Source: Minisyncoccota bacterium (GTDB lineage Bacteria; Patescibacteriota; Minisyncoccia; Phycocordibacterales; CSBR16-193). From it: DNA of 64,000 nucleotides. Positions 1 through 8,080 of the stretch are shown one piece after another. The translations under genes and the position numbers were made by a program. The notes below the pieces were generated by a model. That model worked only from the letters and a program-made list of their open reading frames with translations, searched no databases and was not told the origin of the DNA. The first letter of the stretch is position 1, and each line of letters opens with the position of its first letter. The DNA lies in NCBI GenBank assembly GCA_040905715.1, contig JBBDRA010000002.1:3746-67745 (forward strand), given 5' to 3'.

Positions 1-1043
1 CAAACCCGAGTGAATCCACTAATATCTCCCGCAAAAAACTTCTCCAGTGGGTCGCTAACGGCGAGATCCCGATCCTGATCGGGACACACTCACTTATTCA
101 AGATTCGGTCGAGTTTGAAAACCTAGCCTACGTGATCGTTGACGAACAACACCGCTTCGGCACGCTCCAACGCGCCAAGCTGCGTAAAAAAGACGATGAC
201 GTGTTCCCCCACCTGCTGTCGATGACCGCCACACCGATTCCGCGCACGCTTGCCTTGACCATGTACGGCGACCTCGACCTCACTCTGCTCGATGAGATGC
301 CCAAGGAACGCAAGCAGATCAAAACCGCAGTTGTTCCGCCGACCAAGCGTCAAAATGTTTACGCCAAGATCCACCAAGAGCTCGAGGCTGGCCGGCAACT
401 CTATGTGATCTGCCCGCGCATCGATGAGCCGGATCCTGAACAAGAGCAAGCAATTCTGGCCAAGTCAGTGACCGAGGAAGCCAAGCGGCTTAAGAAAGAT
501 ATCTTTCCCGACTACGAGATAGACATTATGCACAGTAAGATGATCCCTAAAGAGAAGAATGAGGTTATGGAGCAGTTCGATTCAGGCGAGATCGATATCT
601 TAGTTTCGACCTCGGTGGTGGAAGTGGGCGTGAACGTCCCCAACGCCACGATGATCATCATCGAAGGCGCTGAGCGATTCGGGCTGGCGCAACTTCACCA
701 GCTGCGCGGTCGAGTCATGCGATCCTCACACCAATCGTACTGCTTTGTCTTCACCGACTCAGGTTCAAAGAAAACCAAGGATCGTCTTGAAGCGCTGAAA
801 AAAGCCAAGAATGGATTCGAGCTCGCTGAGTACGACCTTGCACAACGCGGCGCCGGCGAGCTGGCCGGCAGAAAACAGTCCGGCATCTCCGACCTTGGCA
901 TGGAAGCGATCAAAAACATAAAGATGGTCGAGGCAGCTCGAGAGGAAGCAAAGACGCTTGTTGAGGCTGATGAAAAACTCAAGCACTATCCGCTACTGCG
1001 TAAACGTATTGCCTCAAAAGGCAGCGACATACATTTCGAATAA
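1..1043 (+). CDS. recG: ATP-dependent DNA helicase RecG (5'-truncated by window edge)
   Basis: Frame is open from position 3 (…LIGTHSLIQ…). Motifs DEQHRFG, MTATPIPRTL, EVGVNVPNA, AERFGLAQLHQLRGRV. Confidence 0.97.
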   Translation, partial: NPSESTNISRKKLLQWVANGEIPILIGTHSLIQDSVEFENLAYVIVDEQHRFGTLQRAKLRKKDDDVFPHLLSMTATPIPRTLALTMYGDLDLTLLDEMPKERKQIKTAVVPPTKRQNVYAKIHQELEAGRQLYVICPRIDEPDPEQEQAILAKSVTEEAKRLKKDIFPDYEIDIMHSKMIPKEKNEVMEQFDSGEIDILVSTSVVEVGVNVPNATMIIIEGAERFGLAQLHQLRGRVMRSSHQSYCFVFTDSGSKKTKDRLEALKKAKNGFELAEYDLAQRGAGELAGRKQSGISDLGMEAIKNIKMVEAAREEAKTLVEADEKLKHYPLLRKRIASKGSDIHFE

Positions 1044-1079
1044 GAAAACTCATCAACCCGACAGGCTGATGAGTTTCTT
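1042..1079. terminator. Bidirectional intrinsic terminator between convergent genes
   Basis: Inverted repeat AAGAAAACTCATCA…TGATGAGTTTCTT. Confidence 0.7.
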
Positions 1080-1108
1080 AAAACAAAAACTTCTGGCTTC
1101 TATCTTTC

Positions 1109-2185
1109 TTAGAACGTAAACGCGTCTCGAATAAGTGACACGTCGACAGTGTCAATTTTCTGGTCGCTATTGACGTCTAGATTGTGCTCATCAGACAGTT
1201 CATCAAAACCGGTGAACCGCTCTCGGACAGCGTCCAAAAGGATCTCCCGAACACTGTCTTGATCCTCTTCTGAGAGTGAGTCAAAGTCAGTGATCAAGCC
1301 TACGTCTACAATGTTGACCTTTCCGTCTTCGTTAAGGTCATAGTCCATCTCCGGCTGATCAGGATCGAGGTTAAAACCGGTCTGATTGTCTCTGATCTCT
1401 TGGGCGATGGCGTCCTCGATCTCAGAGTCGGATATGTCTTCTTCCTGATCTTCTTCATCAGCGTCATCGTTGTCTTCATTTGTTGCTTCATCTTCATCAT
1501 CATTATTATTCGATGATGTTGTAGAGGCATCCTCTACATCCTCTTTTTCGTTATCTTCTTCGTCATTTGTTGACGTTGCTGTGTCATCGCTGTCATCATC
1601 GTTATTTTCCGACGATGCCGTCTCGCGAAGACAGGTTGCTTGAGCAAGAGCGGCGCGCGTACGCGGACCGATCTGACCAAAGCCGGTTGTTTCAGGAGAA
1701 CCGCTGTCGACAATGCCTTTGGCCTGCTGGAACTTCTGCACTGCCTCTTCGGTTATCGGACCGAAGTATCCGGTCGCTTCCGGATACTCAAAGAATCCCT
1801 GCTCTTTGAGTGATTTCTGAACCTGCTCGACTGTGGTTCCTGCATCACCTGCTCGAAGTGTTCGACCAAGCTCCAAGCACTGCATTACTTGTTTAGCCCG
1901 ATCGCTCGCTTGCTCAGGCAAACGGTCACCGAAACTTGGTGGGCCGGCAGCACCAGGTCGGTTACCCGCACCTTCTTGATCACTGGAGGTGGCATTTTCT
2001 TCCTCATCCGTTTCTTTATTCTGCCGCAACTCCTTGATCTGCTGTTGGATCTGAGTTATTTGATTCCGCAGCTGTTCGATCTGGCCGCTATTGCCCTGTT
2101 GGGCCTGACCGACAACAGGCACACCAATCAGCATTGCAACAACTACCACAAGAGCAAGTTCGGAGAATGTTTTAAATGTACTCAT
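1109..2185 (-). CDS. Secreted peptidoglycan-binding (PG_binding_1-like) protein with acidic linker and two dockerin/EF-hand-like repeats
   Basis: N-terminal signal peptide and coiled coil. PG-binding signature LRAGDAG…VQKSL…TGYFGPITEEAVQKFQ…GQIGPRTRAAL. C-terminal DLNEDGKVNIVD and DVNSDQKIDTVD. Confidence 0.8.
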   Translation of the reverse strand: MSTFKTFSELALVVVVAMLIGVPVVGQAQQGNSGQIEQLRNQITQIQQQIKELRQNKETDEEENATSSDQEGAGNRPGAAGPPSFGDRLPEQASDRAKQVMQCLELGRTLRAGDAGTTVEQVQKSLKEQGFFEYPEATGYFGPITEEAVQKFQQAKGIVDSGSPETTGFGQIGPRTRAALAQATCLRETASSENNDDDSDDTATSTNDEEDNEKEDVEDASTTSSNNNDDEDEATNEDNDDADEEDQEEDISDSEIEDAIAQEIRDNQTGFNLDPDQPEMDYDLNEDGKVNIVDVGLITDFDSLSEEDQDSVREILLDAVRERFTGFDELSDEHNLDVNSDQKIDTVDVSLIRDAFTF

Positions 2186-2441
2186 ACTATGTATGACAAA
2201 TTACCTCTTAATAAACACAGTAAAGGGGCACCCGCATAACGGATACCCCTTTCCATAAAACTTATTATACACCCCACCACATTTCTAACAAAGATAAATG
2301 TGGACAACTAATATACTGCTTCTATCGCAACACTGATCGGATAGTGTTCCGCTAGAGAAAATACCGACGAAGTTTGATTCCCGCTTCTTTTTCCTATAGT
2401 ATTTTCATATCAGTATGTTTGTGAAAGAAGGTCTTTCAGGA

Positions 2442-2586
2442 CCGAACCTGCCTGCCGGCAGGCAGGTTCGGACGAAATGTTCCGCCCGAGGCGGACCGTT
2501 TCGCTCCTCACTTGCGCCCGTAAGAAAATCTTTCAAACACTGCGTTCCAAGAAAATACAAGCAAGCTTGAATTTTACTTCTCACTT
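2442..2586 (+). repeat. Two tandem palindromic elements abutting the tRNA-Ile 5' end
   Basis: GTTCGGACGAAATGT-hairpin-CCGTTTCGCTCCTCACTTG (2466-2514), then a variant CTGCGTTC…CTTCTCACTTG (2540-2587). CTCACTTGCGCCCGTA occurs at 2507 and 2580. Nested CCTGCCTGCCGGCAGGCAGG palindrome. Confidence 0.75.
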
Positions 2587-2658
2587 GCGCCCGTAGCTCA
2601 ATGGTAGAGCGCGAAGCTTATACCTTCGTGGTTCCCGGTTCGAATCCAGGCGGGCGCA
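2587..2658 (+). tRNA. tRNA-Ile, anticodon UAU
   Basis: Acceptor GCGCCCG/CGGGCGC + discriminator A. D arm TAGCTCAATGGTAGAGC. Anticodon arm CGAAG-CT TAT AC-CTTCG. T loop GGTTCGAATCC. CCA is not encoded in this copy. Confidence 0.93.
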
Positions 2659-2856
2659 CAAAATATGCGAAGCAGATTTTTGGTGTCTGCAAGGAGAGCA
2701 TTTCTGCTCTCCTGTCTGGATGAGAAAGGCGGAGCCATGTCGCACGGAGCGGAGCGAGTACGACGGGCGAGCCCGGCCAGGAGCCCACTTAGCGAATGAA
2801 GACCGAAGGGATGAGTGAGCTTAGTGAGCTGACGGCGAATCCAGGCGGGCGCACCA
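2641..2856 (+). repeat. Structured insert flanked by a 19-bp duplication of the tRNA 3' end
   Basis: CGAATCCAGGCGGGCGCAC at 2641-2659 and 2836-2854; the second copy runs into a CCA end. Confidence 0.8.
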
Positions 2857-2923
2857 GACAATAATACAAAACAGCCTTGTGGTTAAACAGGGCTGTTTTT
2901 TGAAACTCTCATAAGACGATCAC

Positions 2924-4888
2924 CTACCCCACATGTCCTCCAACATGTTTAACGTCAGGCACTGCGTCCTCTTCTTTTTTCTTTACTTCAATACCATGGG
3001 CAACCAAGATCTCCTCGAACTCATCACGCTCGATCGTTTCAACTTCTATAAGACGATTGGTGATAACTTCGAGAACTTTTCGATGGTCCGTGAGGACCTG
3101 CTTTGCCTTATCATGAGCCTCGTTAATGATACGTGTCACCTCGGCATCAATTTTCGCATTCACTTCTTCCGAATACTCACTTCCTTCGTCCATACCGTAA
3201 TGAGGTTTGCCATCGTCCATATCATACGCAACCGGACCAAGTGTTTCCGACATACCGTACTTGGTCACCATTGCTCGCGCCGTAGCAGACAGAACCTGGA
3301 GGTCGTTCGATGCCCCGGTTGTAATATCACCGAACACCATTTGCTCGGCAACATATCCACCAAGCGACATCGAGATATCATCCAAAAATTGATTCTTTGA
3401 GTGAAGTCGTCTGTCTTCAAACGGTAACTTCAGCGTATAACCGGCAGCACGACCGCGTGAGATGATCGATATCTTGTGTACCGGATCAGTGTGCGGCAGC
3501 ACACTCGCAACAAGCGCGTGCCCTGCTTCGTGATAGGCCGTGATCTTTTTCTCACGCATCGAGAGAACATGGCTTCGCCGCTCCGGACCAAGCATCACCT
3601 TCTCGATCGAACGGATCAGATCAAACTGAGAGATGTGGTTACGGGTCTCTCGAGCAGCAAGGATCGCCGCTTCATTGACCAAGCTGTAAAGATCAGCACC
3701 GGAGAAACCGGGGGTTCGCTGTGCAATAACCTCGAAATCAACATCTTCGGCCAACGGCTTCTTCTGAGCGTGCACATTAAGGATCGCTTTTCGGTCGCTT
3801 TTGTCCGGCAGATCGATCGTAACTCGGCGATCGAAACGACCCGGGCGAAGTAATGCAGGGTCAAGCACGTCCGGTCGGTTCGTTGCAGCCATGACGATAA
3901 CTTTTTCATTTGGCTCAAACCCGTCCATCTCTACTAAGATCTGGTTGAGGGTTTGCTCCCGCTCGTCATTGCCACCACCCATTCCCGATCCACGCACCCG
4001 ACCAATAGCATCGATCTCATCCACAAAAATAATAGCCGGCGCAGCTTGCTTGGCCATCTTAAAGAGATCGCGTACTCGACTTGCTCCAACACCAACGAAC
4101 ATCTCAACAAACTCCGAACCAGAGATAGAGAAGAATGCTACGCCCGCCTCACCGGCAACAGCGCGGGCAAGCAAGGTTTTTCCGGTGCCCGGAGCACCCA
4201 TCAACATCACACCCTTGGGTATCTTTGCGCCGATCTTAAGAAACTTTTTCGGATTCTTCAGGAAGTCTACGATCTCAGACAACTCTTCTTTTGCCTCCTT
4301 CGCACCGGCCACATCTTTGAATCTGACTCGTTGTCCCTTGTCATCAGGGGAGGTCATACGCGCCTTTGACTGACCGAACGTGAATGCCTGCATCCCCGCT
4401 CCTTTCACTTGTCGCATAATAAACCAGAGAAAGATGACGATGAAAATAAGCGGGATCAAAAACGGCGCCAGGTTCATAAGCCAAAATCCAAGCCCGCCTT
4501 CCCGCTCTACTTCTATATCCACAACGGAAAGCTGCTCCGAAGAGATGTCGTAATTTCGAAATGTCTCGGAAAGCGCTGCGTCTGCTTCTTTCTGAGCGGT
4601 CTTCTTATCGCCATCGGCGTACTCAATAGCCAGGTCGTTCCCATCTATGGTAATGCCGGCGACCTGCCCGTCTCGTATGTCTTCCATGAGTTCAGAAATA
4701 GTGATCGATTCAGGCCCTTCTTGCTGATCGATCACGAACGAATACGCTGCGATAAGCAATACAAAGACCAGCAATGTCGTGAGTAAATTCACCCAAAACG
4801 GTCGTTTCGGTGCGCCGCTCCCCTTCATTGAGATCTTAACGTTTTTCTTGTCTCCCCCTTCATTATTGTCGTTTCCAAATAGTGCCAT
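2924..4888 (-). CDS. ftsH: ATP-dependent zinc metalloprotease FtsH
   Basis: Two TM helices, Walker [37 protein letters not shown] zinc motif. Confidence 0.98.
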   Translation of the reverse strand: MALFGNDNNEGGDKKNVKISMKGSGAPKRPFWVNLLTTLLVFVLLIAAYSFVIDQQEGPESITISELMEDIRDGQVAGITIDGNDLAIEYADGDKKTAQKEADAALSETFRNYDISSEQLSVVDIEVEREGGLGFWLMNLAPFLIPLIFIVIFLWFIMRQVKGAGMQAFTFGQSKARMTSPDDKGQRVRFKDVAGAKEAKEELSEIVDFLKNPKKFLKIGAKIPKGVMLMGAPGTGKTLLARAVAGEAGVAFFSISGSEFVEMFVGVGASRVRDLFKMAKQAAPAIIFVDEIDAIGRVRGSGMGGGNDEREQTLNQILVEMDGFEPNEKVIVMAATNRPDVLDPALLRPGRFDRRVTIDLPDKSDRKAILNVHAQKKPLAEDVDFEVIAQRTPGFSGADLYSLVNEAAILAARETRNHISQFDLIRSIEKVMLGPERRSHVLSMREKKITAYHEAGHALVASVLPHTDPVHKISIISRGRAAGYTLKLPFEDRRLHSKNQFLDDISMSLGGYVAEQMVFGDITTGASNDLQVLSATARAMVTKYGMSETLGPVAYDMDDGKPHYGMDEGSEYSEEVNAKIDAEVTRIINEAHDKAKQVLTDHRKVLEVITNRLIEVETIERDEFEEILVAHGIEVKKKEEDAVPDVKHVGGHVG

Positions 4889-5041
4889 AAGAAATTATTA
4901 TACATAGAAAGTCGGTGTTTTACTAGCAAAACACCGATATAACTTGCTCTTTTCCTCAATTTGCCCAGAAGCCTTCTCATTCAAAACAATGCCATAAAGC
5001 ACATAATTATCAAGTGGCGCATTTTCTGCTATGCTTCCCTC

Positions 5042-5485
5042 ATGGCCTTGATCCAGAATAAGAAATTTCATCTTAACTTTGAAGCTCAAGAAACGTTTGA
5101 GGCGGGCATTGAACTCTTCGGCTTCGAAGTTAAATCGGTCCGCAACAAACTCGGCTCACTCGATGGCGCATATGTCATTGTCCGTGGTGGCGAGGCGTAT
5201 TTAGTGAACACATATATACCTCCCTACCAGCCGGCAAATTCCCCAGATGACTATGATCCGTATCGAACCCGACGCCTTCTTTTGAAAAAAAAGGAGATCG
5301 CGGAATTAGCCGGAGCAGAGCAACAAAAGCGATTGACAATCGTACCGAAATCGATGTATAATAGTCGAGGAAAGATCAAGGTTGAGATCGCGATCGCACA
5401 AGGAAAGAAAAAGTACGACAAGCGTGAAGACATCAAAAAGCGTGATATGAAGCGAGATGTAGAGCGCGACCTTAGAGACCTGTAG
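5042..5485 (+). CDS. smpB: SsrA-binding protein SmpB
   Basis: EAGIELFGFEVKS, RRLLLKKKEI, GKKKYDKRE. Adjacent to tmRNA. ATG at 5042 preferred over the ORF-track start. Confidence 0.96.
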   Translation: MALIQNKKFHLNFEAQETFEAGIELFGFEVKSVRNKLGSLDGAYVIVRGGEAYLVNTYIPPYQPANSPDDYDPYRTRRLLLKKKEIAELAGAEQQKRLTIVPKSMYNSRGKIKVEIAIAQGKKKYDKREDIKKRDMKRDVERDLRDL

Positions 5486-5519
5486 TTATTTGAAAACTGA
5501 ATAGACGTTATTTTCATAC

Positions 5520-5970
5520 GGGGATGCCAGGCATCGACAGGGTTTGGCCTCTGGTATGTGCAAAGCAGAGGGTGCGAACTTCCTCTTAAATCCGCTCGCG
5601 TCTCTACGTGCAGACAAAACAGCACAAAAGGCAAAGTCTATCGTCTCACCATTCTTTGGTCAGAACGACTTTGCTTTCAGTTACGCTACAGCCTAACTCC
5701 GACGTCATGTCGGAGTCCCGACCTTCGCGTCGGGGCTGACGTCTACGATCTTGATATCTGATAGAGATCCGTAGGCGGTATAACCATCAGGTTCGGTTCA
5801 GCCAGTCGTCTCATGGTCGGACTTAAACAACGGGACTCGGTATCAGTAGATTTTGTCTATTTCATACTACTGATCACTTAAATCGCCTATTGGCGAATGG
5901 AGATAGACTACGCTTTGTAGACTCATATCAGACCACTCCTTGCACGTGGGTTCAACTCCCACCATCTCCA
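5520..5970 (+). ncRNA. ssrA: tmRNA
   Basis: 5' GGGGATG…TCGAC pairs with 3' …GTGGGTTCAACTCCCACCATCTCCA. Internal tag ORF 5610-5696 ends …FAFSYATA*. Directly downstream of smpB. Confidence 0.93.
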
Positions 5971-6515
5971 CTCGACTCCGTAAACCCGCACTTTAGTAAA
6001 AGTGCGGGTTTTACTTCGCTCGTGGCAAGCCACTCGACTCCGTAAACCCGACTAAGGAGTCGAGTGCCCTGAGCGAGGTGACGAGTCGAACGGGCCTGTT
6101 ACAATATGTTTATGTATTACATCTATATGGCACGAAATAAAACAAATTATCTTTACGTCGGTATGACCGACAATCCACACCGGCGACTTACGGAGCATAA
6201 CAACGGTAGCGGTTCCATCCATACTAAATCAGGAAGATTTTCCCTAGTTTTTATTGAAGAACACCAGACATTAGAGAAAGCCCGCCAGCGTGAAATACAA
6301 ATCAAAAAGTGGACGCGTGACAAAAAAGAGAAACTTATCACTCGATACAAACAAGGTCTCCCGACCAGACCATAGTCAACTTTAATCCAAACCTGTCTTT
6401 TGCGAATACATGGAGCAAAAAACGTAGTGACTGCGGGATCACTCCGCCCATCTCCACTCGATTCGACCTCGCACAGATCGGCCTCACTCGTGGTAAACCA
6501 CCTCGACTCCGTAAA
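5962..6515 (+). mobile_element. Putative minimal GIY-YIG/palindrome cassette at the tmRNA 3' end
   Basis: CCATCTCCACTCGA at 5962 and 6448. CCACTCGACTCCGTAAACCCG at 5968 and 6030, partial third copy at ~6501. Encloses a GIY-YIG ORF. Confidence 0.55.
6106..6375 (+). CDS. Small GIY-YIG nuclease family protein (UPF0213-like)
   Basis: YYIY…LYVGMT…RRLTEHN…ARQREIQIKKW. Confidence 0.9.
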   Translation: MFMYYIYMARNKTNYLYVGMTDNPHRRLTEHNNGSGSIHTKSGRFSLVFIEEHQTLEKARQREIQIKKWTRDKKEKLITRYKQGLPTRP

Positions 6516-6551
6516 ACAAGCTATGGAGCTAACTCTATAACAACTCTATTA

Positions 6552-7445
6552 TTAGTGCTCGTGACCGTGCCCCTCTTCCTCATGAGCATGATCGTCGTGC
6601 TCGTCGTCATACTCATGTATTTCTTCATCATGAAATTCCTCTTCCTCATGACTGTGATCATGTCCATGCAAATCTCCCTCTTCCCCATGGGAATGCACAG
6701 CAACCTGGTTAACTCCGAACATCAGAACTAACCCGACCAAAAACCATACGAGGTGTTGTCCGTGCTGAGTTTTTGTTTGTGAACTACGTACTGAATGCGG
6801 AATAAGATCAAAGAAAACCACGACCAGAAACGCTCCGGCGGCAATTCCCAAGACCGGTGTCTCAAGAACAGCAAAAAGATCCAACAGCAATATACCGCCG
6901 ATCGAACCAACCAGAATAGTGGAAGAAATGGCAAAATTAATACTAATTGCCTTCACAACTGAATAGCCGGCCTGGCGAAGTACGAAAAATTCAGAAACCT
7001 CCTGGACCAACTCGTGAACAAAAATACTGATCGCCGTGATCACCCCTAACGCCGAACTTACGGTGAAGGCTACTGCCAGAAGCACACCGTCACCTAGGTT
7101 ATGGATCGCATCACCCATAAGGATGCGACGCGCGTCGACCCTGGTGTGACTATGGGTTTCTTCATGTTCATCATGGTGGTGGTGAAAGACCGGCAGAAGC
7201 CAGAAGACAAACCAGATACCGATGGCCCCGACTGCAACCCAAAACAATCCTGAAAAGAGATTCGTAGCGACATGCAGGGTTTCATTAACTAATTCATACG
7301 AAACCACCAAAAACACACCGGCGGAAAAACTCACCAAAAACCGTAAATTCTTCTCGATAAACCACCCCGCACGGTTCCATATCGCCAACACACCGGTGAG
7401 CGAAGCGGCCATAACCAATAATGAATATATAAATACCTCAAACAT
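6552..7445 (-). CDS. ZIP family metal (zinc) transporter with His-rich C-terminal tail
   Basis: SFSAGVFL, HHHHDEH loop, GDAIHNLGDG, HELVQE. Start inferred at MFEVFIY. Confidence 0.9.
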   Translation of the reverse strand: MFEVFIYSLLVMAASLTGVLAIWNRAGWFIEKNLRFLVSFSAGVFLVVSYELVNETLHVATNLFSGLFWVAVGAIGIWFVFWLLPVFHHHHDEHEETHSHTRVDARRILMGDAIHNLGDGVLLAVAFTVSSALGVITAISIFVHELVQEVSEFFVLRQAGYSVVKAISINFAISSTILVGSIGGILLLDLFAVLETPVLGIAAGAFLVVVFFDLIPHSVRSSQTKTQHGQHLVWFLVGLVLMFGVNQVAVHSHGEEGDLHGHDHSHEEEEFHDEEIHEYDDEHDDHAHEEEGHGHEH

Positions 7446-7552
7446 TATAAGTACTATAGCGCATTTCCACATCCTGACCAATAGCTGCGATTTATATGAT
7501 ATGATGCACGCCAATATGTCATCTGTGCACAGTCGCATATTAACTAAATAGC

Positions 7553-8080
7553 ATGGACGCATTGCAACGCATCTATAACTCATTTTGGCAGTGGTATGAG
7601 CGGCATTACACACTTAACGTTACTATCGCTGCTATTCTATTTACTATTCAGATCATTCACCTGATCTGGCTGTATGGCGACGTTATTATGGTGCGCCTTG
7701 GTTATGACGCACTGTTCCACGTTCACGAAGGTTTCTGGCACTACGTGATCGTATTTGTTGACTACACCGAGATACCAGCCATCCTGTCAACATCGCTTAT
7801 TTTCATTAACGGACTGCGTGAAAAATTTAATGGACGCGACCTGCTGTACCTTGTCCTCATCAATTCTCAATGGCTCCACCTGTTCTGGATCACCGACGAG
7901 TTTGTGGTTCAAGAACTGACCGGTGCTGGCACCACCTTGCCTACTTGGTTGGCCTGGTTCGCTATTCTAATTGATTATGCCGAACTGCCGGTCATCTACG
8001 CCACGATCAAAGAAGCCATCAGCTCCTATCGAGAGAAGGGTATAAAAGGATCGTTGGAAGTGATCCGTGAGAGCAATTAA
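7553..8080 (+). CDS. Hypothetical multi-pass membrane protein
   Basis: Four hydrophobic segments; internal repeat DYTEIPAI / DYAELPVI. Confidence 0.75.
   Translation: MDALQRIYNSFWQWYERHYTLNVTIAAILFTIQIIHLIWLYGDVIMVRLGYDALFHVHEGFWHYVIVFVDYTEIPAILSTSLIFINGLREKFNGRDLLYLVLINSQWLHLFWITDEFVVQELTGAGTTLPTWLAWFAILIDYAELPVIYATIKEAISSYREKGIKGSLEVIRESN

Noticed and set aside
2466-2520. HDV-like/theta ribozyme next to the tRNA (UCCUCAC resembles the HDV L3 loop)
   Set aside because: The P3 pairing (CGC/GCG) works only in this copy and not in the operon copies. No P1.1/P4/catalytic-C arrangement was found.
2659-2835. tRNA intron
   Set aside because: The upstream tRNA is already complete, the junctions are a direct repeat, and no group I/II core is visible.
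5968-6515. CRISPR array
   Set aside because: Only 2-3 irregularly spaced, self-complementary repeats, and no cas genes in the window.
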